Below, piece after piece: positions 29,327-39,740 of a stretch of DNA of 64,000 nt. Position numbers and translations under genes: made by a program. This DNA comes from Candidatus Zhuqueibacterota bacterium (GTDB taxonomy: Bacteria; Zhuqueibacterota; Zhuqueibacteria; Thermofontimicrobiales; Thermofontimicrobiaceae). The stretch's first letter is position 1. The number at the start of each line of letters is the position of its first letter. The DNA lies in the NCBI GenBank assembly GCA_049322915.1, contig JBMOPW010000016.1, positions 231,971-295,970 on the forward strand, written 5' to 3'. The notes under the pieces are model-generated. The model saw only the letters and a program-made list of their open reading frames with translations. It did no database searches and was not told the DNA's origin.

Positions 29327-29498
29327 TATGACTACCACTAATATATATGAAATATGCTGAATGTCAAGTGTTTCGTTCAGAAAAGTGAATCCGTCACCAG
29401 GGCGCAAAGCGAATCGGCCGGGGTGAAAATCGTCTGTGAAAAAACTCGGCCTGAACCGAATTAAAATTGAATAAATTCTGCTTTCCAAGAAAAACTAC

Positions 29499-29527
29499 TT
29501 GCTTCTTAAATTCAATTTTACTATCTT
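29499..29527 (+). promoter_or_regulatory. Putative rplM operon promoter
   Basis: TTGCTT-17 nt-TATCTT with an AT-rich upstream region. Confidence 0.55.
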
Positions 29528-29599
29528 TGGTAATTTTAAAAAAATATTTTTTCATAAATTCATAGTAATAAAAAAGAAACATAGTTAGGAGAAACAGAC

Positions 29600-30034
29600 G
29601 TGAAAACTTTTTCACCACGACCGAAAGACATCGATCGGCACTGGTTCGTTGTCGATGCGAGAAATCAGGTGTTAGGTCGATTGGCATCGCAGGTCGCGCA
29701 TGTCCTGCGCGGCAAACATAAACCGACTTTCGCACCGCATTTCGATGTTGGCGATCATGTTGTTGTAATTAACGCCGAGAAGGTTCGCCTAACCGGAAGG
29801 AAAGCCCAGCACAAAGTGTACAGTCGTCATACCGGCTATCCCGGCGGTCTGCGGCAGACAGTCTATGAAGACATGATGAAAACCTATCCGGAACGAATCA
29901 TCGAACATGCAATAAAAGGCATGCTGCCCGATAATCGTCTCGGCCGGCAGATGTTCAGAAAATTGAAAGTGTATGTCGGTGAATCGCATCCTCATCATGC
30001 CCAAAATCCCAAGCCTCTGGAGCTTCATAAATAA
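29600..30034 (+). CDS. rplM: 50S ribosomal protein L13
   Basis: LGRLAS, LRGKHKP, HTGYPGGL and KLKVY; GTG start after AGGAG. Confidence 0.98.
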   Translation: MKTFSPRPKDIDRHWFVVDARNQVLGRLASQVAHVLRGKHKPTFAPHFDVGDHVVVINAEKVRLTGRKAQHKVYSRHTGYPGGLRQTVYEDMMKTYPERIIEHAIKGMLPDNRLGRQMFRKLKVYVGESHPHHAQNPKPLELHK

Positions 30035-30125
30035 AAGGCAGTCAGGCGGGCCATCATCGTTCGCTCGGTTTGAAAACAGTCGTAATTAAAGTAAGGCATA
30101 AATCAAAAAAACAAAGAGGTTATGT

Positions 30126-30518
30126 ATGAAAGTAACGGAGTATCGCGCGACAGGCCGGAGAAAAGGCTCCATCGCAAGAGTCAGGGTGATGCCTGGCAAT
30201 GGAAAAATCGAAGTGAATAAAAAGTCGCTGATTGATCATTTCAAACGTGAAACACTGAAGATGTTGATCGAGCAGCCGTTTATCAAAACTGAAACACAGG
30301 AAAAGTTCGATGTTGTGGCTGATGTCAACGGCGGCGGATTGTCCGGTCAGGCCGGCGCTGTGCGTCTGGGAATTTCCAGGGCGCTGCTGCAATACGATGA
30401 AGAGCTGCGATCCATTTTACGGGCTAACGGCTTTTTGACCAGGGATCCTCGCGAGAAAGAGCGCAAGAAATATGGTATGGCTGGCGCGCGCAAACGGTAT
30501 CAATTTTCCAAACGTTAA
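30126..30518 (+). CDS. rpsI: 30S ribosomal protein S9
   Basis: TGRRK, GGGLSGQAGA and LTRDPR...QFSKR. Confidence 0.98.
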   Translation: MKVTEYRATGRRKGSIARVRVMPGNGKIEVNKKSLIDHFKRETLKMLIEQPFIKTETQEKFDVVADVNGGGLSGQAGAVRLGISRALLQYDEELRSILRANGFLTRDPREKERKKYGMAGARKRYQFSKR

Positions 30519-30540
30519 TATCTGTTTATCTGATGAAGAA

Positions 30541-30630
30541 CACACATCTCTTGATCACGTATGGGGTGCCGGAATGAGTGAAATAAAATTCGGTACAGAC
30601 GTTTTGCCAAAGAGATGGAGGAAAAACCCC
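30541..30630 (+). ncRNA. rpsB 5' leader (t44-type, S2 autoregulatory RNA)
   Basis: Has the t44 hallmarks CACAC...GGGGTGCC...TGGAGG...AACCCC. The CATCTCTT/AAGAGATG stem and GGGGT/ACCCC pairing are present, and it lies directly upstream of rpsB. Confidence 0.8.
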
Positions 30631-30649
30631 AAATTAGAGGAGAATTATC

Positions 30650-31426
30650 ATGAGTGTCAATTTGCAAGATCTGTTGATGGCGGGAACTCACTTCGGGCAT
30701 TTGACCCGTCGCTGGAATCCGAAAATGAAGAAATACATCTTCATGGAAAAAAATGGGATTTACATTATCGATATAAAAAAGACTCTGACCTATCTGGAAC
30801 GAGCCTGCGAAGAAGTGAAGAACGTGGTGAAAAATGGCGGCAAGGTGCTGTTCGTCGGAACCAAAAAACAGGCCAAGGATATTATTCGAATCGAAGCCGA
30901 ACGATGCAATCAATTTTATGTCAATGAGCGATGGTTGGGTGGTACGCTCACCAACTTTGTGACTGTCAAAAAGAGCATCAAGCGGCTCAAAAATTTTGAT
31001 AAGATGATGACGGACGGTTCGTATGAAAAACTCACCAAAAAAGAAATCCTGAATATCGAGCGCGACAAGGAAAAACTGGAACGCGTACTGGGCGGGATTA
31101 AAGAGATGACGAAACTGCCGGGAATTATTTTTGTCGTGGATACGAAAAAAGAAGCGATCGCAGTTGCCGAAGCTGACCGATTGAATATTCCCATCATTGG
31201 ATTGATTGATACAAATTCCGATCCGGATATGATTGACTACCCGATCCCGGGAAACGATGATGCATTCAAATCGATCAACCTGATCACCCATACTATCGCT
31301 GACGCTGTGATTGAAGGCATGCAGTACCAGTCAGCCCATGCCATGGAAGAAGAGGGGATCGAAGAGAAGAAATCGATGGAATATGAAGTCGAAACAGAAA
31401 AAAGTTTTGAAGAAGAAAACTATTAA
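30650..31426 (+). CDS. rpsB: 30S ribosomal protein S2
   Basis: [22 protein letters not shown] and IPGNDDA. Confidence 0.98.
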   Translation: MSVNLQDLLMAGTHFGHLTRRWNPKMKKYIFMEKNGIYIIDIKKTLTYLERACEEVKNVVKNGGKVLFVGTKKQAKDIIRIEAERCNQFYVNERWLGGTLTNFVTVKKSIKRLKNFDKMMTDGSYEKLTKKEILNIERDKEKLERVLGGIKEMTKLPGIIFVVDTKKEAIAVAEADRLNIPIIGLIDTNSDPDMIDYPIPGNDDAFKSINLITHTIADAVIEGMQYQSAHAMEEEGIEEKKSMEYEVETEKSFEEENY

Positions 31427-31451
31427 AATTTTATATAGAGAGGAGTTAGAA

Positions 31452-32324
31452 ATGACTGTCAGTGCAGATGATGTAAAAAAACTACGGGAGAGCACCGGCG
31501 CCGGAATTATGGACTGTAAAAATGCCCTCAAGGAAACGAATGGCGATTACGATCAGGCCGTTGATTATTTGAGAAAAAAAGGCATTGCCAAGGCGGAGAA
31601 GAAAGCATCTCGCGAAGCAAAGGATGGAAGCATTGAAAGTTACATTCACCCCGGGAGCAAACTTGGCGTGATTCTTGAGATAAATTGTGAGACTGACTTT
31701 GTAGCGAAGACCGATGATTTTAAAAAATTTGTCTCATCCGTGGCGGTTCACATTGCCGAGAAGCAGCCGAAAGATGTGGCCGATTTGAACGGGCAGCCTT
31801 TTATGAATGGAAAATCCGTCGAAGAAATCCGGAAAGAGATTGTCGGGAAGTTGGGCGAAAACATCACCATCAAACGATTCGAAATCTACCCTTATAAAAA
31901 TGGATTGATCGAGAAATACATCCACCCGGGGAGCAAGCTGGGAGTGCTCGTCGAAGTGAATACCGAAAGTGATGCAGCAAGCCAGTCGGCCGAGTTCAAA
32001 AACTTCATTCATGACATCGCCATGCAGATCGCGGCCAGCAATCCGTTAGTTGTCAAGCGGGACGAGCTTTCGCCGCAAGTCATTGAGCGGGAGATGAACA
32101 TTTACAAAACCCAGGCTCAGGAACAGAAGAAACCCGAAGCCATCGCTGAGAAAATCGCGCTGGGTAAAATGAGCAAATTCTACGAAGAAGTGTGTCTGAT
32201 GGAACAGAGCTATATTAAAGATCCTAACGTCACAATTCAGGATTTGCTGAAGCAGTTGGTAGCCAAAGTGGGACAGCCTGTGGTGATCCGACGTTTTGTC
32301 CGCTATCAACTGGGTCAAAATTAA
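31452..32324 (+). CDS. tsf: Elongation factor Ts
   Basis: VKKLRESTGAGIMDCK and NCETDFVA. ATG 31452 follows AGGAG. Confidence 0.97.
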   Translation: MTVSADDVKKLRESTGAGIMDCKNALKETNGDYDQAVDYLRKKGIAKAEKKASREAKDGSIESYIHPGSKLGVILEINCETDFVAKTDDFKKFVSSVAVHIAEKQPKDVADLNGQPFMNGKSVEEIRKEIVGKLGENITIKRFEIYPYKNGLIEKYIHPGSKLGVLVEVNTESDAASQSAEFKNFIHDIAMQIAASNPLVVKRDELSPQVIEREMNIYKTQAQEQKKPEAIAEKIALGKMSKFYEEVCLMEQSYIKDPNVTIQDLLKQLVAKVGQPVVIRRFVRYQLGQN

Positions 32325-32339
32325 TCCGGGAAGAGAAAT

Positions 32340-33068
32340 ATGCCGCAACCAGTTTACAAAAGAGTGCTCCTGAAATTGAGCGGTGAGGCTCTGATGGGGA
32401 ACCAGGGTCTCGGGATTGACCCCGAGATCGTTTCCCGTATCGCTTTAGAGTTGAAAGAAATCAGAGAGTTGGGTGTGGAGATCGGGATCGTGATTGGTGG
32501 CGGTAATATTTTTCGCGGTTTATCGGCCAGCGCCCGTGGAATGGATCGCGTTTCAGCCGATTACATGGGCATGCTGGCGACGGTCATCAATGCCATGGCG
32601 CTGCAGGACTATCTTGAACGGCATGGCGTGTACACGCGCGTGCTGACTGCGATCAAGATGGAAGAGATCGCTGAGCCGTTCATTCGTCGCCGCGCCATTC
32701 GACATCTGGAAAAAGGGCGAATCGTCATCTTCGGCGCCGGCACGGGCAATCCCTATTTCACAACAGACACAGCGGCCGCGTTACGCGCGATAGAAATAGA
32801 GGCCGATGCCATTATCAAAGGGACCAAAGTTGACGGCGTCTACGATTCGGACCCCAAAATCAATAAAGAGGCAAAGAAGTTCGATCGTCTCAGTTACCTC
32901 GAGGTCATCCAGAAACAACTGAAAGTCATGGACTCCACCGCGGTAACCCTGTGCATGGAAAACCATCTGCCGATTAGGGTATGCAACCTAACGGTCAAAC
33001 ATAATCTTAAAAATTTAATCTTAGGACAGAAAATTGGAACAATAGTATGTGAGGATCAAAATGATTGA
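32340..33068 (+). CDS. pyrH: Uridylate kinase
   Basis: [17 protein letters not shown] and GNPYFTTD. Confidence 0.98.
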   Translation: MPQPVYKRVLLKLSGEALMGNQGLGIDPEIVSRIALELKEIRELGVEIGIVIGGGNIFRGLSASARGMDRVSADYMGMLATVINAMALQDYLERHGVYTRVLTAIKMEEIAEPFIRRRAIRHLEKGRIVIFGAGTGNPYFTTDTAAALRAIEIEADAIIKGTKVDGVYDSDPKINKEAKKFDRLSYLEVIQKQLKVMDSTAVTLCMENHLPIRVCNLTVKHNLKNLILGQKIGTIVCEDQND

Positions 33069-33618
33069 TGATATTCGAGGTCACGCCAAAGAAAAAATGG
33101 ATAAGGCGATTGAAAACTTTCATTACGAACTGAACAAAATCCGTACTGGAAAAGCCTCCGCTGCCATTCTCGATGGAATCAAGGTCAATTATTACGGATC
33201 GCTTGTACCGCTGAAACAAGCCGCAAACATTTCGGTTCCTGAAATCAGATTGATTACAGTTCAGCCCTGGGATAAGTCCATGATTAATGAAATCGAAAAG
33301 GCGATACAGAAATCGGATATCGGCCTGACGCCGGTGAGCGATGGCCATATTATTCGGCTTCCTATCCCGACTCTGACGGAAGAGCGCCGCAAAGACCTGG
33401 TGAAGCAGACGAAGCGAATCGGTGAAGAAGTGAGAGTGTCGGTCCGCAATACTCGCCGGGAAGCAAACGATGCGCTGAAGTCAGCGGAGAAAGATGGCAA
33501 AATTTCTGAAGATGACTCTTTTAGCGCCCAGACGAAAATTCAGGATCTCACCAATGACTACATTAAAAAAGTCGATGAGATTCTGGCCAAAAAAGAAAAA
33601 GAGATTATGGAAATTTAA
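33061..33618 (+). CDS. frr: Ribosome recycling factor
   Basis: [20 protein letters not shown] and KEKEIMEI. Confidence 0.97.
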   Translation: MIDDIRGHAKEKMDKAIENFHYELNKIRTGKASAAILDGIKVNYYGSLVPLKQAANISVPEIRLITVQPWDKSMINEIEKAIQKSDIGLTPVSDGHIIRLPIPTLTEERRKDLVKQTKRIGEEVRVSVRNTRREANDALKSAEKDGKISEDDSFSAQTKIQDLTNDYIKKVDEILAKKEKEIMEI

Positions 33619-33658
33619 GGTCATTCGATTTTTTACCAATCAAGTTCATTTAAAAATT

Positions 33659-33704
33659 AAGGAGATTTTGGCGGTAGCATTGCGCCGAGGTCTCCTTCTT
33701 TTTT
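33659..33704 (+). terminator. Intrinsic terminator of the rpsB-frr operon
   Basis: AAGGAGATTTTGGCG/CGCCGAGGTCTCCTT followed by CTTTTTT. Confidence 0.75.
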
Positions 33705-33870
33705 ATCATCCAATGAGAGCGCGTAACCACTGAGCGCCCTGGACAGGCGTCCCGCGCCATTGGCAGTGTGCCGGGACTGGCAACGTCCGGCCGTGTGAAA
33801 TGGGGCAGTATTCAACCTGTCAATTCGGATGGTAACATTACGGCAGCAATACCAAGGGAAAGAAAAAATT

Positions 33871-34440
33871 ATGAATTCGACACTGATGTCCATCATGCAG
33901 GCGCGCCGGAGCGTTCGCAAATACCAGGATAAGCCTGTCGAGCGCGAGAAGATTGTTATGTGCCTCGAAGCCGCTCGCATCGCGCCCTCGGCTGAAAACG
34001 TACAACCCTGGCGCTTCATTGTGATCGACGACCCTGAATTGAAGCAGGAATTTTCGAAACAGGTATTTTCCGGTATCTACCGGGCGACGCATTTTGCGGC
34101 CAATGCACCAGTCATTGTCGTTATGCTGGCCCGACTGGATATTCTGGCCAACAAGATTGGGAAGCAGATCCAGGGCATCAGTTACTATCTCATCGATACC
34201 GGCATTGCCGGGCAGCATTTTGTGCTGCGCGCACAGGAATTGGGATTAGGCACCTGCTGGATCGGCTGGTTCAATCCCCGCGCCGTTCGGAAAGTGCTGG
34301 ACATCCCCCGAAGTTACAAAGTCGTTTCGCTCATGAGTCTCGGTTATCCGCTGGAAAGCTCTATCAAAGAGAAAAAAAGATTGAGCCTGAATGAAATTGC
34401 CTGGTTCAATGGATTCAAACAGAGCTTGAAATTAGAATGA
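33871..34440 (+). CDS. Nitroreductase family protein
   Basis: RRSVRKY, APSAENVQPW and GLGTCWIG. Confidence 0.92.
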   Translation: MNSTLMSIMQARRSVRKYQDKPVEREKIVMCLEAARIAPSAENVQPWRFIVIDDPELKQEFSKQVFSGIYRATHFAANAPVIVVMLARLDILANKIGKQIQGISYYLIDTGIAGQHFVLRAQELGLGTCWIGWFNPRAVRKVLDIPRSYKVVSLMSLGYPLESSIKEKKRLSLNEIAWFNGFKQSLKLE

Positions 34441-35132
34441 AGTTTGGGGAAGAATTCATACCCGGCCGGCTCATTCGACGCTATAAGCGATTCCTGGCAG
34501 ATGTCGAATTGGAGTCCGGAGAGATTATCACCGCGCATTGCCCCAATTCGGGCAGTATGCTCACCTGCGATACACCTGGCAGCCCTGTCTTGCTTTCGGT
34601 TCATGACAATCCGAACCGGAAGTATGCCTTCACCTGGGAATTGGTTCTGGTGAATTCGGTCTGGGTGGGAATTAACACGCAGGTCCCCAATCGGCTTGTC
34701 TACGAAGCTATTCGAGCTGGGGAAATTCCGGAATTGTCCGACTACCCGTATGTGCAGCGTGAGAGGAGCGTGAGTTCGCACAGCCGTCTCGATCTCATGC
34801 TTTCGAACGATAGCGACGTTTGTTTTGTGGAGGTGAAAAATGTGACATGGGTAGAAGATGGTGTGGCGCTTTTCCCCGATGCGAAAACCGAACGCGGGAC
34901 CAGGCATGTGCTGGAATTGATGAAGTTGAAGCGCCAGGGAAATCGGTCGGTGATGTTCTTCGTGATTCAAAGAAGCGATGCGCGGCTGTTCGCTCCGGCT
35001 GATCTGGTCGATGCGATATACGGGAAATCGTTGAGACAGGCCCATGCGCAGGGCGTTGAGATTTTGCCCTACCTTGCCCAGGTGACGCCGCAGGAAATAT
35101 GTTTGAGAAACAAGTTGGAGTTTGTTTTTTAG
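34437..35132 (+). CDS. sfsA: SfsA DNA/RNA nuclease (sugar fermentation stimulation protein)
   Basis: RRYKRFLADV, HCPNSGSM, VEVKN and FPDAKTERG. Confidence 0.95.
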   Translation: MKFGEEFIPGRLIRRYKRFLADVELESGEIITAHCPNSGSMLTCDTPGSPVLLSVHDNPNRKYAFTWELVLVNSVWVGINTQVPNRLVYEAIRAGEIPELSDYPYVQRERSVSSHSRLDLMLSNDSDVCFVEVKNVTWVEDGVALFPDAKTERGTRHVLELMKLKRQGNRSVMFFVIQRSDARLFAPADLVDAIYGKSLRQAHAQGVEILPYLAQVTPQEICLRNKLEFVF

Positions 35133-35231
35133 ATTTGTCGGGAGTGGGCTGAAGTCGAAAGGCTCTGTATTTATAGCTTCCTTAAAAATCCATTCCACCG
35201 GCGCAATGGCAGCACAATGGTTCCGGCCGAT

Positions 35232-36404
35232 TTAATTCCCGAACACATAAGTTTGGCGATAACTCATTTCGCCAATCGATGGATCGCACTCGCCGAAATC
35301 GCTCCATCGGCTGATTCGGCTCACAATGCACCGGAGCATGGCTTTATCGTCGATGGTGCTGCTCAGGATATTCGCAGACGATACCTGGCCGGATGGCGTG
35401 ACTGTAAACCGAACCACCACCTTGCCTTTAGCGTCCGGCGCGTTTTTCAATACCTGCTTGAAGCAATCCTGAATAGCGCGATTGTGAGAATTCACAACCA
35501 TGGTCACATGATCTGCATTTCGAACAAGCCCCTTTTTCTCGGCCCTGGCGATCGCTGAAGTTGGCGATTCCTCGATCTCGGTATTTTTGGCAACGGATTC
35601 AAATTCGGCTTTTTCGAGTCGTTCGTGCGAATTAACCATGTCTTCAATCGGCGCTTCGCTGATCCCGCCTTTCACGGCCATGTCGGAATTTACTGACTGC
35701 GTCGACGCGTTCCTGCCATTGCGGTAGTAGTAGGCCAGTTTGATGTTGGCAGTTGATTGCTCCAAATAATCCGAGGAGGCCTGTCCCTGGGATAAAATCT
35801 CCGTCACGACCGCATCGAAATTTCCGTTGTCCTCATCGAGATAAGCCAGAATGCCCCGGGAGCTGACCTGTCCGGTCAGGATATTCTTGCGCGTCAGCCG
35901 TCCTTTCTGTCTTTCGTTCAAGCCCGAAGGAATGGCTACCTCAGATCCGCTGCCTGCTGCACTCTCTGATAGCGCGCTGCCAGAAGCTTCCGCAGCCTGA
36001 TGTCCGGACCCAATCGATCCATCGTCAGTGAGTGTTGGTTCAGGTTCAATTTCTTCCGGGACGCCAAAAAGGTATGTCTCGATTTTTTCCAGATTCTGGA
36101 AGGAGAGCTCCGCATCGCCACTTTTATTCAACAATAAATTAGCATAACGTTTCTGGATGTCATTGATATCAATTTCCCCGGCGGATTTATTTATTGATGA
36201 AAGCCCCCATAAAAGCAGGCCGATCTGGAGAACTGATGTCGTAAGAAGAATAATCATGTAGCGCATGTCGAGCTGCTGGAACCAATTGCGCCGGAATTCC
36301 TTTGGGAATTCAAAGACCGCCGCTGTCTCATGTGACTGCATCGGCTCATCGTGAAAATGTGAGACAGGTGCGCTTCGTTCTATTTGTTTTTCAGAAATGC
36401 TCAT
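35232..36404 (-). CDS. Membrane-anchored protein with C-terminal AgmX/PglI (TonB-C-like) domain
   Basis: One transmembrane segment, a low-complexity linker, and a C-terminus IQDCFKQVLK...GKVVVRFTVTPSGQV...C...W. Confidence 0.75.
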   Translation of the reverse strand: MSISEKQIERSAPVSHFHDEPMQSHETAAVFEFPKEFRRNWFQQLDMRYMIILLTTSVLQIGLLLWGLSSINKSAGEIDINDIQKRYANLLLNKSGDAELSFQNLEKIETYLFGVPEEIEPEPTLTDDGSIGSGHQAAEASGSALSESAAGSGSEVAIPSGLNERQKGRLTRKNILTGQVSSRGILAYLDEDNGNFDAVVTEILSQGQASSDYLEQSTANIKLAYYYRNGRNASTQSVNSDMAVKGGISEAPIEDMVNSHERLEKAEFESVAKNTEIEESPTSAIARAEKKGLVRNADHVTMVVNSHNRAIQDCFKQVLKNAPDAKGKVVVRFTVTPSGQVSSANILSSTIDDKAMLRCIVSRISRWSDFGECDPSIGEMSYRQTYVFGN

Positions 36405-37092
36405 GGGAGATAACTTTTTATATCCTTGTTTTCAAAAGTAAATCGTCGGGGTGCATATAGCTGTTCACACGTTCCGCGTTCACTGTTAGGGTTTTGGAAA
36501 TGATTGCGCGTAACTTTTTTTATGCTCAAATAGTCCGTCATCAACTGTGCGTTATTATAAACTTTGAAGCCCTGAACAATAAACCTGTGAACGGTTACGG
36601 GGGCAGTCCTTGATTGGTGAATCAGGAAATAACGCTAAAAACCCTACAAAAAATATGCCAGTAACCGGTCGAACAAAAGCCAGGAAAAGGACGTCGGCAT
36701 TCTAAAGGGTTATCGCGATAAAATGCGCTTTGCGCAGAGTGGATGGTGAACCCGAAACTGTATTTGCCAGGTACAACTTGTCCCAGCATGCGACAGGCAG
36801 GGAATGGATCCGTTTGATTTATTGTCTGTTAACGTGTCTCTTTAATACGAACCTGGTGAAACAGCAGTTATTTCTTCCACCCGCAGCTCAATTTCGGAAT
36901 GACCTTCTGAGACAGAGGGGACGTTACCTGATTCATTGACTGGCGCTCTCCCGGCTAGGACGCAGCGGGTCGGCAATAAATTCCGAAGCGATGCTGATGT
37001 TTTGAATGCGACAGATATTTTCCCTTGAATAAATTGAAAAAATTAATTATCTTTGGCCAGTAATTCAGACTGTCATTTACCCGGTAACGGTC

Positions 37093-38127
37093 ATGTTGAT
37101 TCGAAAGAAAATCCAAAATATTCTCCATCCCATCGCCATTTTCGTGGCCGTGCAATTGGTCTGGCTGACCCTGGTGGGACTGTGGGTTTATTTCTATATT
37201 TCCAATCATATTATCATGGCAAAGGTAGGCAATCAGCTCGCTCCGCAATTGAGACCGGGCAGCTACCATGTGCTCGTGCTCATCTTTGGAATCATTTTGC
37301 TGGTGCTGCTCCAGGGAGGCTTTTACTTCATCTTCATCTATCTGAACCGCCAGATGAATTTGAACCGCATGCACGATCATTTTCTGGCCAATATCACCCA
37401 CGAACTGAAGTCGCCGCTGGCATCCATTCAATTGTATCTGGAAACGCTGACTTCGCGTCAGGTACCCCGGGATAAACGGGAAGAATTCTATCGTCTCATG
37501 TTGAATGATACAAATCGATTGCGGGGGATGGTCGATAAGATCGTCGGGACCATTTTCATTGATTCCAGGCGATTGTCCTTCAACTTCAGAGTCTACAATA
37601 TGCGGACGGTTATCCCCAGGATTGTTGATGATGTGGTAGCCAAGTATTCTCCCGAGATCAAAGAGAACATCCATATCGAGAACTGCAAGGCCTGCCGCTG
37701 TGTGCTTGATAAAAACCTGTTCAAAATTGTTTTTAACAATCTGATCGATAATTCCATGAAATACTCGAACAATGGCCTCGCGCTGACGATTCGCATGGTG
37801 TGCGGTGAAAAATATTTTATGCTTGAAGTGGCGGACAACGGTATCGGCATTCCGTCCGGCGAACAAAAGCGGGTGTTTCGGAGATTTTATCGGGTGTATG
37901 GGCACGAAATTCCCAATGTCAAAGGCACCGGCCTCGGGCTGTACATCGTCAAGGAAATCGTCAAGTATCATGCCGGCAAAATCAGGGCAGAAAGCGCTGG
38001 CAGAAATACAGGGACCACCATTCGGATTGAATTGCCTATTTACAAAAAAACAAAACGGCGCTTCACCAATCAGATGTTGAAAGATACTATAAAGAGGAAA
38101 AGACGAAGTGAGCCAGACAGAAAGTGA
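37093..38127 (+). CDS. Sensor histidine kinase
   Basis: Two transmembrane segments; H box THELKSPL, N box NLIDNSMKY, DNGIGI and GTGLGL. Confidence 0.93.
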   Translation: MLIRKKIQNILHPIAIFVAVQLVWLTLVGLWVYFYISNHIIMAKVGNQLAPQLRPGSYHVLVLIFGIILLVLLQGGFYFIFIYLNRQMNLNRMHDHFLANITHELKSPLASIQLYLETLTSRQVPRDKREEFYRLMLNDTNRLRGMVDKIVGTIFIDSRRLSFNFRVYNMRTVIPRIVDDVVAKYSPEIKENIHIENCKACRCVLDKNLFKIVFNNLIDNSMKYSNNGLALTIRMVCGEKYFMLEVADNGIGIPSGEQKRVFRRFYRVYGHEIPNVKGTGLGLYIVKEIVKYHAGKIRAESAGRNTGTTIRIELPIYKKTKRRFTNQMLKDTIKRKRRSEPDRK

Positions 38128-38845
38128 AATAAAGGATAATTCTCTTCTGGGCAGCAAAATTCTTGTGGTGGAGGACGAAGAGTCGCTGGCGGTGGGACTG
38201 GAATTCAATTTAACTTCGGAAGGGTATCAGGTCCATGTGGCGCGCGACGGGAAACAAGCGCTCAAGCTGTTTTACGCCAACGAATACGACCTGATTATCC
38301 TGGACATCATGCTTCCATTTTTTGACGGATTCGAGGTCGCCAGAAAAATCCGTGAGAAGTCATTGCAGGCGCCAATACTCATTTTAACGGCCCGCACATC
38401 CGATGACGACAGAATTACCGGGTTGGAAATTGGCGTGGACGATTATATGGTCAAACCGTTCCACCTGAGAGAGCTTCTGCTGCGAGTGAAGCGGATGCTC
38501 CGTCGCAAGAATTGGTATCGCACGGTGATATCCGAACAGCCGGTCTATCACTTCGGGGGCAACCAGATCAATTTTGAGGATCTGTCGTGCTCGGCGAATC
38601 ATCAAACCTTTCATCTGACGCAGCGCGAAGCGATGGTGCTGAAGTATCTGATCAATCACAGGGGGAAAATTGTATCGCGCCAGGAATTGCTGGAAAACGT
38701 GTGGGGGATGAGCTCGGAAATCGAAACCAGGACAGTGGATAACTTCATTGCCCGATTGCGAAAATATTTTGAGGAAGATCCCTCGAAGCCTGTATTCATC
38801 AAAAGCGTCCGCAGCGCCGGGTATATGTTTGTGGATGCTGATTGA
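38108..38845 (+). CDS. OmpR/PhoB-family response regulator
   Basis: VVEDE, LDIMLP, KPF and a winged helix RTVDNFIARLRK. Confidence 0.95.
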   Translation: MSQTESEIKDNSLLGSKILVVEDEESLAVGLEFNLTSEGYQVHVARDGKQALKLFYANEYDLIILDIMLPFFDGFEVARKIREKSLQAPILILTARTSDDDRITGLEIGVDDYMVKPFHLRELLLRVKRMLRRKNWYRTVISEQPVYHFGGNQINFEDLSCSANHQTFHLTQREAMVLKYLINHRGKIVSRQELLENVWGMSSEIETRTVDNFIARLRKYFEEDPSKPVFIKSVRSAGYMFVDAD

Positions 38846-38861
38846 AACGAATGGCATGCTG

Positions 38862-39407
38862 TTACTGCTTGTCGGAAATTTGGATATAAATGAATCGCTT
38901 CAAATAACTGAACCCGGAGAGGAAGACCATGAATACAGTGAGCGGCAGGAAAATTTTTTCCAGCATCAGCAGATCAAAAATGTAGGAGACGATCATAAAA
39001 GCGATGGAAGTGGCTGTCAGCTTCCCGATGAGGTTCGACGTGGTGACGATCCTGTATTTTTTAACGAGGAAGACGCCGGCAATGCTGATAATGACGTCTC
39101 TCCCAATAATCAGAACGACCACCCAGAGCGGTACTTTGTCCTTGAGCAAGAGAACGATGAGCAGCGTGGCGCAGCTCAACTTATCGGCAATGGGGTCCAA
39201 TATTTTGCCGAGATCGGAGGTCTGATGGAAGTGGCGGGCAATTTTTCCATCAAAAAAATCCGTTGCCATGGCAATGACAGTCAGGATGAGGGCGAGTTTT
39301 AAATCATCATACCACACTAGAATCGCTATGGGTGCGATGAGGAAAATGCGAATCAGTGAGAGCAGATTTGGAACTGTGAAAATCCGATGTTGGTTTTGAT
39401 TGTCCAC
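38862..39407 (-). CDS. CDP-alcohol phosphatidyltransferase (PgsA/cardiolipin synthase-like)
   Basis: PNLLSLIR and DFFDGKIAR...GKILDPIADK. Confidence 0.92.
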   Translation of the reverse strand: MDNQNQHRIFTVPNLLSLIRIFLIAPIAILVWYDDLKLALILTVIAMATDFFDGKIARHFHQTSDLGKILDPIADKLSCATLLIVLLLKDKVPLWVVVLIIGRDVIISIAGVFLVKKYRIVTTSNLIGKLTATSIAFMIVSYIFDLLMLEKIFLPLTVFMVFLSGFSYLKRFIYIQISDKQ

Positions 39408-39464
39408 ACCCAGTCCGAAGTTATGATGTCGTGATTTTATTACACGATTATATTATTGAAGATT

Positions 39465-39579
39465 AAAGTAAAAAAAAACTTATGAAAAGTCAAGAAGAAA
39501 GTTCAGATGATTTTGTTTCGAAGAACCTATTCCGGCTGAGGAAAAAAGGCTTGACTTTTATTAATAATTATCTTAAAAT
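39465..39579. promoter_or_regulatory. Divergent sigma70 promoter pair
   Basis: Plus strand TTGACT(39551)-17-TAAAAT toward smc; minus strand TTGACT(39493)-17-TACTTT. Confidence 0.6.
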
Positions 39580-39740
39580 AAAACGCGTTTTCAGAAATTA
39601 AATAACTTAAACATTATTAATAGGTATCCTGAGTTTTCCCTGAAGACGGGGACGCTATCGTCTCAGTATTTTTCAATGCGAAATCCGGTTGGATACGTCA
39701 GGGTAACTGAGAATACTCTTGAATGTAGAACGGTGGTCAT

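Noticed and set aside
33619..33870. uppS/cdsA/dxr absent after frr; GC hairpins at 33770-33792
   Set aside because: This linkage is often broken, and I found no tRNA cloverleaf or known RNA motif.
36875..36972. TPP-riboswitch-like words CTGAGA and ACCTGAT upstream of the histidine kinase
   Set aside because: The downstream TAAT..CCAGCG.AGGGA core is missing and there is no thiamine gene context.
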